Source of the DNA: Chrysomallon squamiferum
Taxonomy: Eukaryota > Animalia > Mollusca
Length of the DNA stretch: 64,000 bases
Reading direction: 5' to 3'
Assembly (NCBI GenBank): GCA_012295275.1
Contig: CM022670.1
Location: forward strand, 37,634,001-37,698,000
Numbering within the stretch: position 1 is the first letter of the stretch; every line of letters begins with the position of its first letter. Under the pieces are notes generated by a model. It made no database searches, was not told the DNA's origin, and saw nothing but the letters and a program-made list of their open reading frames with translations. A program made the translations under genes and the position numbers. This document shows positions 13,483-27,172 of the stretch, piece by piece.

Positions 13483-16400
13483 TTAAACCATTGCAGTACA
13501 TTGTTCAAGACTTTTTTGGTAATTTAAAAATCTGTGTAGTAATAATATATTTAAGATGAATGCAAGTTAAAAAATATAAATGTTGTAATGAGATTAATCA
13601 GTGGATATTACTTTTTCTTTTTTCTTTGAAAAAAGCACAAAACCCCAACAATCTGTGTTTTACGTTAATATGTTTTAAATGTTTATTTATTATTATTGAT
13701 ATATTTTTCACAGACTCAAACTGCAGCAGGGTTTGTTGGTGGACTTTGGTGCATTTCCGCAAAAGTTCATTGATCTGCTTGAATTATGTTTGAAGGAGGA
13801 ACACAAAGACAACCCAAAGTAAGCAGTATTAAAATACTGTCTTTATAAAACTCCTTTATGAGTGTTTGTAAAAACGAATTAATCTTCTTTGTTTCCATAT
13901 TACATATACACATTCACACATACACAAATGATAACTTTTTTTTTCACTAAAAATGTTTTATCCTGAATAAGCAAAATTTCTAAAAGAAATAAAAAAGCAG
14001 ATTTCAACTTTCCATTTTGATTATCTACTATAATTTAGTATTTTTATTAAGTAGTCCATTACAATTACATTTGGTACAAAACCTGTACAGCTCAAAGTGT
14101 CTTTAATTCTTGCTGTTTACAAAAGATCACAAAAACTCAATTTTATGCTTTTCCAAGAGATTGTTTTATTTTATTTCATCTACCAATCTTTGCTAAAGAT
14201 AAAGTTTAATAATATAATAACACATTCATGACATTTTCAATTGTTACATAAATAGGAAAAATGAAAAAAAAAGAAAAAGAATAATAATAATAAAAAAAAA
14301 AAAAAAAGGGAAAACATCTACACATACAGTCATTTAATAATGAAATCTAAGTGAATTTAAAATGATTCATCTCTTTGTAGATTTATTCTTCATCTCGTAT
14401 CACAGAGTTCCCTGGCAGGTGAAAAGTCATCTGCAGTTTTAAATGTAATTGAAACCAATCCGTTCAAACATCTCACCCATCTGTCGCTCAAGTTTGTTCC
14501 TGGCAGTGATGCAGATATTAAAAAATATTTAGCCGACTGTCTGAAGCAGCTCAAGGTATTCATCAGTAATTCTAAAAACTTTAATAAATATTTGTTGATG
14601 AAAGGATATAATTATGAGGTAATGAAAATCATAAGCCAGTAATATGATACAGAAAATAAATTAGTCAGCCTTAAAGAGGATGCCTAAGATTGAAGTTTTT
14701 TCAGTAAATAAAAACATCTTTTTTTTTTTTTTTTTTTTCCTTTTAATTTTGTAACATCTAACAAATAATGTTCTGTTTCTGTCTTTGTTAAACCAGTTCA
14801 AATATAAAACAAAAGATGCATTTTGGATAGGATGGATATATGTTTGGAGATAATAAATAAAGAGGAAATGTTGTTTTATTACAGTTCAAGAAAGAATGTT
14901 TAGAAACTGTAATCTTTTACTTGCAGGAAACAAACATGCTCTTACAACAAAGGTTGGAGCATACTAACACAGATCTAAGTCAGAAGCTGCAGTATGCACA
15001 AGAGGTAAAAAGGCACCAATACACACAGAATATAGATAAAGTTACAAGCCAGATTAATAAATGATAGTCTTTGTTCAACTGATGTGTTATCCCTAACAAA
15101 AAAAAAAAAAAAAAAAATCCATAAATTAAATATGCAGCTTTAGCTTTTAATTTTTTTTTTTACTTCCTTATGTATTTTAAAAAATAGTTTTAAAAAACAA
15201 TAACATACATCAAAAAAACACCAATTAAAAGTAATATTAGTTACTGAATTTTAGCTGATCTAATTTTTGAATTATTATAATTGCATATACATATATTTCT
15301 TTTTTCTCACAGACATTGGCTGCAAAGACAGCAGAGTTGGAAAATCTGAAATCAGAATGGACTTCTCGTATATCAGAAATCTGTTCTCGACACAAAGAGG
15401 AGATAACTGCAGAGAAACAAAGGTCCTTGCAGGTCAGTCATTTGTACATCTGTGAAATGACAGTCCTAAGTTCTGGGCTTTTTAAAATAATATATATATA
15501 TAATCAAGATAATGGGGAAAATTAATACTAGTATCAATAATACAGATAAATGTTATTAGATATCTTTTGTAATTTGATATATGGTTAGAAATTGTTTGTT
15601 GGGAAAATGTAACTTGATTTCTTTAATGTTTTCTAAAAACAACTTTATTCATGTGTTATATGTTTTAGATGCAAGAAAGTATGCAGGAAAGATACGAAAG
15701 GGAGAAGAGAGAAATGGAGCAGACTCACTCAAAATTAGTTCGACAACTGGAATCAAGAATCCATGACTTGGACAGAAGCAATAAGGTTTGTTAATAACCA
15801 TTTTTCAAAATTACAAAGCTAGGGTTTTTTTTAACTCTTTTATTTATTTCTATATACAGATATCAGTGACATTTTTTTTTTTTTTTTAAACCATTTTATT
15901 CCTTTCTTTTGTACAGGACATGATGGATAAAAATTACAAAGCGGAATCCTCTGTGCGTGAACTGAAGTCAAAGCTGTCTGGCCTGGAAGAGGAACATATG
16001 CGAATGAAACAAGACATTCAGACTCTGAGAAAACAGAACGGTGCTCTTGACAGTGAATACCACGAGCAGGAGAAGCTGATTAATCAACTTCGGACTCGGA
16101 TAGCAGTCCTCGAGCAGGAGGTCAAAGACAAGGAGCAGGTTCTCTTGAAGTCGTCTGATCTCTTACATGCTGAGCAAGATCAGAAGGTTAGATATACCAG
16201 TTATAATTTATTTTTATTGTTACTATCATGATGTTTATTTTGTTGTGTAACTTCTTTTTAGTAGCAGTATTATATTTTTTGTTATTCTTATAAAATATTA
16301 AACCATTTTACTGTGTAATTTACCGGGTGTAGTAGATAAATATATTGAGACAGTAATATAGATAGGCCCATATATGTTATTGTTTAATAAAATGACACGT

Positions 16401-19400
16401 GATCTGTTTTACATCAAATGGGCCCCTAAGATAACAGTGTTAAAAATCTTTAAAACAAATTTTTAAAAATGTTAAAAAACACAGTTAAAAAGAGGTTTGA
16501 ACTCATGCAGTTTATTTCACTGAAACATATCATTTGTAGTTTATTTATTTATTTATTTATTTTTAAATTATGGTTAAACATAATTTACTGTTAGCCAGTA
16601 TCTCAGTTATTAGTTCATACCTTTATTATAAATATAGTTTAAGTAATATTTAATTTATGTAACACATACTGAAAGGCTATATTTTTAAATTAAATCTCAT
16701 CTTTTTTCAGAACAAATATAAAGAAGATTTAGACAGAAAGAATAAAGATGTTGCCAAACTGGAAACCAAAGTGAAGGCTATGTCTGAGGAATTGGTTAAA
16801 GGAAATGAAATAATAAAAAAGCTTCAAGGAGAAATAAAAAATTATCATGCAAAGGTTTGTCAAAATAAAATTTGAAGTTACGTTTTAAGAATAATGAATT
16901 TAAATATGAACTGGTTATAAACCTAATTTTTTAAATTTCATATATTTTATTCTTCATAAATGGAACACATTTTGGAAAGTAATTCAAAATCACTGCATTA
17001 TCTTCTCTTACATATATTTTATAATGGCACATTCAGGATTGTTATGTGGTTAATATATATTTTAAAGAAGAAAAAAAGATATATTGTTTGAAAAATGTGA
17101 GAGAAGCACTACTTGTATTCAAGCAAAAGTTTAAAACTGCAGTTCATAAAACTGATAATAATCTTAAGAGTTGATTTTCAGGAAATTCATTACATAGTTT
17201 TTCTCAAATGTTTAATTTAAAACATGTTTGTTTAAGGTCAAATTGAGGAATCAGATTGCAACAGAACAAGAAAAACTACTAAGTGAAAAGGATAAAGAGT
17301 TGGAGAAGCTTCGACAAGAATTGGCAACACTTAAAGATAATTACAGGCAGAAAGAAGATGAAGTAAGTAGTCATGACAGTTTATTCAGTTTTCTCTGTTA
17401 CCCCAGAGTTCTCATTGTCTAGTAGTCTGTTGACTGAGTGAAATAACCAGTATTAGGACTTCATTACAGACATAACTACATGAATAATATTTAACATGAA
17501 CTCACAGGCATAGAGTTAAATATTTAAAAATTAAGTATGTCAAAGTCTAAGAAAGCTACCATTTTTTTTACCTATTTTATTCATAGAAATGTTTACTAAG
17601 GTTATGTATTCTAATATTTTATCATCAGCAAACAATGGCATCTAAAAAATACCTAATAATAATTATTAATAATAGTATTTTTATTTTACCACTCTTAACT
17701 GACTGAAAACAAAAGGATGGACATTGACCAAAAACACATTAAATTATATTTTTCAGAATAGAAGATTATCTGAGAACTTAGAAAGCACAACAAATAAACT
17801 GGAAGAATGTCGCCAGTTACTCAAGACAAATGAAAATGGTAATTAGCATAAAAATATACTGATGAATTCAACATGTACACTCATATATGCATAGACCAAG
17901 TCTATAGATAGAAATAGAGACTATGTTGTGTTGAACATACTACAAAACAGCAGATATATAAATAAATAAACAGATGATTATTCCTGATTTTATTTTTTAA
18001 GTTAATACACCTAAAGTAGGAAATCAGTAAGTGTATTAAATTAATATTTAAAGTTGTTCAAAAACATAATCAGTATAGCAAGTTTATTTTAGATTCTAAT
18101 CATTGTTAAATTTTCTTATGTTTGTAGTGATTCAGTGGCTGAACAAGCAGATAAATGAACAGCAGTTGTCTCAACAAAGACTGGGAACATTTGAAATGCC
18201 TTCAGCAGTTTCCAACATCAGACCAACTTCAGCTGGCATGGTGAATAAAGCTTTACTGTTGTAACAATGAGAAACTTTCAATGAGTGAAATAAACTCCAT
18301 TTTAAACTGTTATGTGATGATTTGACCTTTTGGTAAACATGACTTTGGGGAAATACCAGCTTTAGATGAATTGTCAAAGAAACCTGGAAATAAGTTCAAA
18401 CAAAATTAAGATGTCACTGATGAGTGTTCTCTGTTTATCTGCAGGTTTCTACTGTTTTAATCTGCCTAATAATGGTTTAAAAATTGTTTGTTTTGCAATT
18501 AATGAGCTGTTACACCAATTCATCTTTTAAATAGACCAGCATGTTTGCACCATTATTCTGCAACCATTTTTGCCTCATTGTTGGTTTATTCCATCATACA
18601 AGGTATCATTCCTGTGTGACAATTGTGAGAGGTACCTTGTAATGGAACTGTCTGATGATACCAGGCATTGATACTGAAATGAAACTAATTCAGCCGTTTA
18701 TAAAGTTTAGATAAGACAACAGGTCTAATGTATGTTGTTGATCTTTCCATTTACTACTTTTGTTTCATCTTTCAGGAGGCCAGGGGAAGGGAAAAAATAA
18801 AAAATTAGCCTTTTTTCATACTGCGTGGTTATGCTGCAGTACCTGAAATTGTGTATGCAGCTGTTTTATGGGGTAAAAACATAGGGTGAATTCTTCTAAT
18901 ATGTTCAGCCAATTTTTTAGGAAGAACTCTCATCACTGTGATACACTTTTGAATACATTTTACCTTGGATATTTTTGATATATTTTGTTACAGCACAACT
19001 TCAGTACATCGAGTTATGGTTCTGCTGTACACCCTTCAAACCAGCACCTGCCTAATCCAGCAGTAGCTGTTCCTCGACCATACCCAAATCCTCATCGTCC
19101 ACCACAGGTTGGTTATTGTTTTATGTAAAATATTCTCACATTCACTATAATACACACCTCACACAGTTTATTTTTCTTCGGATTTTAACATAAATATTTT
19201 AGAACTTTTTAATGTAAGAATGATTGCTACGTATAATGATAAAGGTTTTGTTATCAGCATTGTTTAATCACACAAAAAAAAGAAAAGATCATGACTCTTT
19301 ATCATTTCATGAATTATTAATTAATAAATGTTATTTTTCAAACAGGTGCAATATAATCCAGGTAACCAAAGAAAAACAAACTTGCCTGTGCCAGTCAACA

Positions 19401-20258
19401 GGGTGGGCCCCCCTCCACCTATTCCAGAGGAAATAAGACCAACAAGTAACCATAGTAACCATTCTTCACCAGCATCAACACATTCAGCAGACAAAGAAAA
19501 GTAAATCTGTTTAAATATTAATCATCATCCATATCTCTTTTTTTTTTTTTTTATCTTCTGTCATTATTTTCATATTCTGTTATAATGGTTGTCATGCATC
19601 ATATCCAGGTCACTACAATATATATATTTCTTTTTCTAATAGTATTAGTATTTGTATTTTAATATAAGAATCAAATGTTTGAAATGATTAGTACCAGATA
19701 TACATAATAAATTAAATACTGATAGGGTTCTGTTGTCTTTTTGATAACTAAAGCAGTTGTGTTTGTGTCCTGTGTTTAGATTTTGTTAGTGTTGGGGGGG
19801 TATAGTTTTGGCAGTGGTGTTGGAGGGTATGGGGGATAAATAATCTTTTGAACTAATTGCAAAAGCTGCTAAAATAACTATAGTAATTTAAACTGGGATC
19901 AGAGGATTTGTAAAAATTTTAAATTCAACTTTATTTTCTAAATTGATATTGTTGCAAAAATTGTAATAATTTGCTTGTTTGTTGTTGTTGTTGGGTTTTT
20001 TTGTTGTTTTTTTTAAATTTTGTTTCCAAATTTCAGTGATCCTCCTCCTCTGGATCCAAAGTATTTTCAGAAACGTGAAGACGCCATTCCTGTTCGCGGT
20101 TTGCTGAACAGGAGTAACTCCCCACCATGACCTCTGTCCCCCAGACAGCAGCGCCCACCAGCAGTTCTACCAGAATGAGTCAGCAGATGATTGTTCCACG
20201 ACCCTCACATCCTCCTCTTGCATCAGCCTATTTCCCTGCTCAGAGTAAAGCTACATGA
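12165..20258 (+). CDS. SASS6: Spindle assembly abnormal protein 6 (centriole cartwheel protein), 16 coding exons
   Basis: Exons 12165-12229, 12633-12693, 13282-13361, 13714-13818, 14381-14555, 14927-15004, 15313-15432, 15669-15785, 15917-16186, 16711-16854, 17237-17362, 17757-17838, 18128-18240, 18994-19107, 19346-19500, 20037-20258. Head domain [18 protein letters not shown]...[25 protein letters not shown] (PISA region) and [13 protein letters not shown]; long coiled coil ending [14 protein letters not shown]; KEN box across the last intron; C-terminal SAYFP motif. As assembled the frame stops at 20128-20130; SAYFP needs a -1 shift (see findings). Confidence 0.95.
18571..18667 (+). ncRNA. 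Candidate intronic pri-miRNA-like hairpin (SAS-6 intron 13)
   Basis: Paired by eye: tgcct/aggca, attgttgg/ctgatgat (with G-U), ttccat/atggaa, tacaaggtatc/ggtaccttgta, ttc/gag; apical region contains TGTG. No family recognised. Confidence 0.4.
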
Positions 20259-21932
20259 GGAAAAAAAACAATGAAATTAGTAAATAAAACAATCTCATGA
20301 ATATGCAATATGGTTTCACAAGACAGTTTATTTTTTCTGTGTGAGTTTGCATGCTGCTATGGGTTGGAGGTGTGGCTGTTGAGTTACATTTCACTAATTT
20401 TATACCAGTCTGGAACTGGATATTTCTCTGTATTTCTCTCATCTGTTCTTTTCTAACCATCTCTTTAAATCTTTCTGTTTTAGTCATTGAAATAAATGAA
20501 ACAAAAAACAAGGACTTCAGGGTCAGTTCAAACAATTGTTAATAATATGTGTTCACTAAACGTTCTGATGGTTACTTGTTTTTAGACTTGAATCATGAGA
20601 AAATCTTTTAAGTGTGAATTGCAGTGTTGTGTCTAACACTACATTTTGTCCACTTCTTGGCATTAGTAACAATGAATTGGATGCAAAACAACATTATTAA
20701 ACATACCTAACTATTCAAGGATCATAATCTTATTCAGAGAAATTACCATAGTTGTGACATACATCTAGTGGGAGTCTTTTATTAACGCTGAAACCGTAAA
20801 GTATAATTCTTGACAGTTAAAACTAATACATAACTGTACTAAAGAAAATGACTTTACAGATGAAAACAGGGCCCAAATATTTTATGCTCATGAAAAATGA
20901 AATTCATAAATGTGACTCATGTTAGGATTAAATTGAAAAGCATGCAGAATATGATTTAGTATTGTAGATAAAATATTGATACTAGTCACATTAACAACTT
21001 GTTTCCATCCATATGATACAGTTTTAGGCAGCTTTTGAGTATATAACATTTCTACAAGTATCATAATATGATCTCCTTTTTTTTTTTTTTTTTATGAAGT
21101 ATTGAATTTACATTTATTGATAAATGAAAACAGTATCTCATATCAAATTAATTAAATAAACAAAATAAACGTTTTTTTCTAAACATTTACTGAAAATATG
21201 TATTTAAATATGTAAGTGACTTCAAATGGCTACCAGATTTGATATTCACAGAATTTGAACTAACTGGGAATATCTTATTTTGTTTTTCGTTTAATCAGTG
21301 CTTGAATGAAATGGCTGATAGCTTTAAAATTAAAACAAGGTTAACTAAACAAAGAATAAAATCTAGGAAGATACCAAAGTATTTGCGGGGGTGAAAAAGC
21401 ATTGATGGGGTTTTATTTTTTTTATTTGAATATTTTTACTGATACCAATGGTGCCTCTGAGTTATCAGTTTCAGTGCATTGCCTTCCTGATATACCCTTG
21501 GTGTAATGATAGTAGTCTATCATCCTAACAACATGAAATGAAAAAATAGTATTCAACTTTATTGTCATCTTTATAGTCAGAGATGGAATGTTGTTAAGCT
21601 TCTCATTCATAATTGTAAAATATTAAACATACTAAACTATTATATTGCATTTGTTATTCTTTTGTTTCCTTTTTTTTTTTTTTTTAATATTTATATTTAT
21701 TTATTTGTGTTTGTCAACCACCAAGCAGAATATTACAACATATGTGTCTTTTCTGAATACTAATGAAATCACTTGTAAACTTAAGTCTGAGGAGTTTTAT
21801 GTTATAATAGAGTACTGTATTTTAATAATAATAATAATACCACTAAAACATTAATAATAAATATTAAACTAATGTGATAAATTTAAACTGCAGCTTTGTA
21901 TCAAAGATTATATTGAATCAATAAAATTTATT

Positions 21933-21977
<45 letters not shown>

Positions 21978-22341
21978 TCAAAAGTTAAAATGTTTTTTTC
22001 TATTTATTTTTGACTGGTATGACCGCCATTCATTCTTCGTTATAATCGTAAATTACACATGTTCAAAATTTGACGTTTTTTTATTATTTAATAGTAGTGT
22101 GTAACCAGTAAAAAATGTCGTAAACCTCATTTTAAAAAATTTACATTATATTTTATTTCTTAATAATATTATTCGTTTAGTTTTGTTTAAAATGTTAATT
22201 TAAAACGAGTAAAAGAGCGAATGGAACTTTTTAATGTGCTTCGATTACCGGGTTTACGACAACCGTTAATTGGTCGTTGGTACTTTCATTTTGCTTTCAG
22301 TGTTTTTCTTTCTGTCATAATCTTAGATTGTCTTCAACAAG

Positions 22342-22748
22342 ATGGAAGACGAAGCGCCTGTTATTTACGGTCTTGAGTTTCAGGTAACCCATTTAGCGAA
22401 ATATACTGGATTAAATTAATCTGAATTTTGTTTCTGCGATCAATATGTAAGTTAAGTGACTGCCAATCAATCGATTCGATTCAGAATTATATAACATAGC
22501 TGATAATCATAATGTGCATGTTAAAATAAAGTATGTATATGTCAAACATATAAAAAAAAAAATGTCTTAAGCAGAGCACGTAAATAAAATATACAGCATT
22601 TTTTTTTTAGGCACGTGCATTAACAGCACAGGCAGCAGACAGTGATCACATCAGATTTCTTGTCGGAACACAATCACTGAGAGCTGAAAATCAAGTAAAT
22701 AATAACATTTTTAATATTATCATTTTTTAAATTTAATTTATCCATGAA

Positions 22749-22825
<77 letters not shown>

Positions 22826-25800
22826 TACATAGAAGAAAAAGAAAATTCCTAACTGTGTGTTAAGGTTTCAAACACGAGTAATCAAAAGTATCAACAGTAA
22901 GATTTGCAAAACTTAATTAATGGTTCTAAATAAAAAGTAACTTTTTTTTTTTTTTTTTAAATATTTAAATTCTTTTTTGATACTAATCACAGCATTAAAT
23001 ATTCCAAAATGTTGATAAAAATATAATTACTCTAACATCATTTTAGAATTTATTAAAAATATCTTTATCACCTCATAATTGTTTGTTTTATTTAACTTAC
23101 AGATCCATCATATTGACTTTGATGATGAAAATAATCTTATAAACAAAAATATTTTTCTGCATCGAGAAGGTGAAATCTGGTACATTAGTGCTTCAACCTT
23201 TGACCCTTCTTTGTTAGCTACATGTTATAACCACAGTAAGAATTTTATATTAATTTTTATTTCTATTTTAATTTAATTTTATTTTATTTCATTTTAATTT
23301 ATATTATTTTATTTTATTTTATTTCATTTTTTTATTTTATATTATTTTTTTATATACTTTTCCTTTTTATTAATTTTTTTAAAATTGTTTTTTTTTTTTT
23401 TTAAATTATTTTTGTTTTAGAGAAATAATTATATCTCATTCAGGACTTTTAATATTGTCGTCAAAATTCTATTTAATCATTTCTCCATCATACTGATTAA
23501 AAACTTTCCGGTGAACAAACACATGATTTTTACAGAGTTACATTATTTTCAGCCTCCGATTTGAAGTCTGAAATCAAAGCAGCAGTGTGGAAGTTGCCTG
23601 GTGACTTTGAATCAGACATCACTGTGGACGACCAGTCTAACACACACCAACCACTAGAACTAAAATGTCATTTGAATCCTGGAGAAAGTGCTGATGTGAA
23701 AAAGTTAATACTTTTATTTTTATTTTGTTAAAAAAAAAAAAAAAAAAAAATGAATTAAAGTTTTATTCTTTTGTTCCACAATTAAGTGAAAAAAGAGACT
23801 CATTATTTAAGAATATTTTTTTTAAGAATTTAATAACTGATTTAACCTTTTAAAAAATGATTTTGATAATAAAACTTCATTGTCATTATTAATTACAATT
23901 GTTTAGCTCTTTAGTGAATGACTTTATATAAGAAAGTTCCACAAATGCCTCGTACAGTTTTACAGTATATATAATGATAAACATTGGGTCTCCAAATATG
24001 ATGCAGTGTTCAACAATAATAGATATATATATATACATATGTATGTATGTATAATTTCATAATTATATTACCAATCAAAATCATTCATTCACTCCAAATA
24101 TAAATCAGCTGAATACAGAATCCATTATAATAGTTCTGGCTTCTTCTCATCAGTAAGGTAATTAATTTTCTAATGTATTTCTGTAAACGCTGTTTTCTTT
24201 ACATACAGCATACACTGGCACCCGACAGGTGAATCTGAGATTGTTATAGGACTCACTGATAATCATATTGTACAGTGGGATGTCAGTGTGTCTTCATCCA
24301 CTGCTAAAGTATGTATTACAGATTTTAATTATAAAAACATTTGGTAGGGTACAGGTATTATTAATCAGTGTCAAACAGATTTCATGTTTCTTTTGATGAT
24401 CAGTTTGATTATTTTATGTGATATATAAAGTTATTTGTTAATGTGTTTCAGTATTTGCTTAAACCTTTTTTTAGTATCAAGAATTTAAATGTTAAAAATC
24501 TTATTAATACAAATTTTTATATTAAATTTAGTTCAAAATATTTTCAATTGAAATAGAAATTAGGCACTAGTATTATCTTTCCTGTTAGAATAAAAATGTA
24601 TTTTTTAGTACAGATTTTAAATTTATAAACAATTCTTAAATTTTTTTTGTTTTTAAAAACAGAAATTCTTCTATTTCAGATGGTCAGCTCTACAGCAGTA
24701 GAAGGGAGAGGTCAACCAAAATTAACATGTGGTCGATGGAATCCACATCATAACTGTTCTCAGATTGTTACTGCCAATGACACAGCAATCCGGGGCTGGG
24801 ACATTCGTTCCTGGCAGTGAGTTTAAGTCAACACACACAAAAACACATTATTTTACAAGACTTACAAATTAAAATATTAAGGGAAATAACTCTGTTAATT
24901 CATCAATGCATTAATTGTACCTCCAAGTATACTGAACACATTAATTTTATTATTTTGTAATATAAACATAATTTAATTGTAAGCAGTATAACTTGTTGAA
25001 TAAGTGCAAATTGAAGTGTAAATTAAATTTTGTTAATAATGATTTTCGTCAGAATATTTCTGTTAAGCAAAAGAAAACTTAACGTATATTTATTTAATAT
25101 GTTACAGACAAGTGTTTATGATTGAGAATGCTCATGGCCAGTTAGTTCGTGATTTAGACTTTAATCCCAACAAGCAGTATTACTTGGCAAGTTGTGGTGA
25201 TGACTGTAAAGTAAAATTCTGGGACACTCGAAAAACTGCAGAACCACTTATGACATTATCAGAACATTCCCACTGGTATGAAAAATATTTTTTTATTTCT
25301 ATGTATATATTCATTTGTTTGGTTTAGATTAACAGTTTAAAAAAAAAAAAAAAAAAAAAAGATTTTGTCAACTTTTTTAAAAAAAACAAATACGATATTC
25401 ATAAACTTCATATTTCTGTCAAAGATATTTTTTAAAAACTAAATTCTCAGCCAATATTTTCCAATTTTACTGTTTTTAATACCAGAATTTTTTGTAAAAA
25501 AAGGTTCAATTCATCATCAGTGTAAAATTTTCATTATAACATCAAAACCAAAACATTTACCTAAATACGTCTTATTTAGGGTTTGGTCAGTCCGATACAA
25601 TCAGTTCCACGACCAGCTGGTGTTGACCTCCAGCAGCGACAGTCACGTCATCCTCAACAACATCGTGTCACTATCCTCAGAGCCATTTGGACATCTGATA
25701 GACAAGGATGACGACAGCGATGCTGATGCAGATAGTTTACAAGACAGGTGACGATATTTAGGAATGAGCATTAGCGTAACCATATTTTTAGAAATAACAT

Positions 25801-26148
25801 ATCATTTACAAAACAACGTCAGAGATAAAAAATAAAAAAAAAAAAATTTTATAACTTGGATACGTCTTTGTTGTAAGGCGCGTTTTTGAATTGATAAGGT
25901 GTATAATATTTTATATGAAAATTAAAAAAAACAAATTCAATTGATTTATTTTTTTGTTGTTTTTTTTTTGCAGACCAGTAGAACCTCCAAAGGATGGTGT
26001 CATTGCTACGTATGAGGAACACGAGGACAGCGTGTACGCTGTCACGTGGTCCAATGCTGACCCCTGGGTCTTTGCCTCGCTCAGTTACGATGGGAGACTT
26101 GTCATAAACAGAGTGCCAAGAAAAGAGAAATATAAAATTTTATTGTAA
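22342..26148 (+). CDS. EIPR1: EARP/GARP-interacting protein 1 (TSSC1), WD40 protein, 9 coding exons, ~385 aa
   Basis: Exons 22342-22383, 22611-22694, 23103-23235, 23553-23703, 24209-24308, 24680-24816, 25108-25275, 25580-25747, 25974-26148 (1158 nt, in frame). [21 protein letters not shown]...[10 protein letters not shown]; [32 protein letters not shown]; [26 protein letters not shown]; [42 protein letters not shown] at ~26420. Confidence 0.97.
22751..22816. repeat. (TC)n microsatellite in EIPR1 intron 2
   Basis: Perfect tctctc run. Confidence 0.95.
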
Positions 26149-26747
26149 AATGCTCGTTTAGAAATATTATAAATAATCTGCTTTAATTAATTTTTACGAC
26201 GTTTGAACAGTTTTATCATGGATGTTTTTTTTTTTTGTTTTTTTTTAAAATATATATAATAATAATGATAAAACTGAAAATGTTAAAGAAAAGAATAGTT
26301 GGATATTGCATAAAAATTGTTGTTTTATATTAAGTTATTCCAGTACTACAAAATAATCTGAGAGAAATGATATTCCAGCGTCTGTTAATGTAAATTGAAG
26401 ATTCTTTTTTTTTGTTGTGAATAAACAAATTATAATTGATTTGGTTTTTTTATTATTGTTCAAAACAAATAACAGATTTTTAATATACGAGTGTGTGTGT
26501 GTGTGTATAGTAAACTATCTCTATCTCTGATATCTTGAAACAAGACGTAGATCCCGACCGTTTCTCTACACCAACATGAAATAATTTGTGTTCTTATTTT
26601 CAAGCTCGATATTAAAATACACGCGATATCTCGAAAGTTACGTATTTTTCCAAACTGAACAGTTTATATATAATTTTTGTACGTTTTTCCCAAACTAAAG
26701 AACACTTATTGTTAAAGCACACACACACACACAAACACACACACATT

Positions 26748-27120
26748 CATGGCCGTAACTACAAAGAGGCAAATGCCTCATATCGAAACTGACGATTCTG
26801 TTCTTTTCTTTCTTTCTTTTATATATATATATATATAAATCTCTATTCCGACAGAAACTATATCCACTCAATGAATTCGTTGATGTCTACGGTTACCGTT
26901 TGAAAAGTCTACCGACATCTTGCGATGAAAGACATAACTGACTTCAAAGTCATCAAACAGAAAATGTCTGGAATCGAGGATTTTGCGTCTTTCAGGTCGG
27001 AGCTTCTGGTGGCGTCTGTGCCCCCCAGGCCCCCCCCCAAATTTGTTTGCCCCGCTCCGTTCGTCGATTGGCGATTAAGTGTTTTTGCCTCATTTCAAAA
27101 ACAGTCTTGTTACGGCCATG
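26748..27120. mobile_element. MITE-like non-autonomous element, copy 1
   Basis: 12-bp TIRs catggccgtaac / gttacggccatg; internal sequence (gaggcaaatg, tgtctacggttaccgtttgaa, taactgacttcaaag, gaatcgaggattttg) shared with the copy at 29350-29672. No TSD visible; flanked by (CA)n and (GATA)n. Confidence 0.75.

Positions 27121-27164
<44 letters not shown>
27120..27164. repeat. (GATA)n microsatellite
   Basis: agatagatag... run abutting the MITE end. Confidence 0.9.
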
Positions 27165-27165
<1 letters not shown>

Positions 27166-27172
27166 TCGATAT

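Noticed and set aside
18314-18420. C/D box snoRNA (gtgatga ... ctga) in SAS-6 intron 13
   Set aside because: No convincing terminal stem or recognisable rRNA guide.
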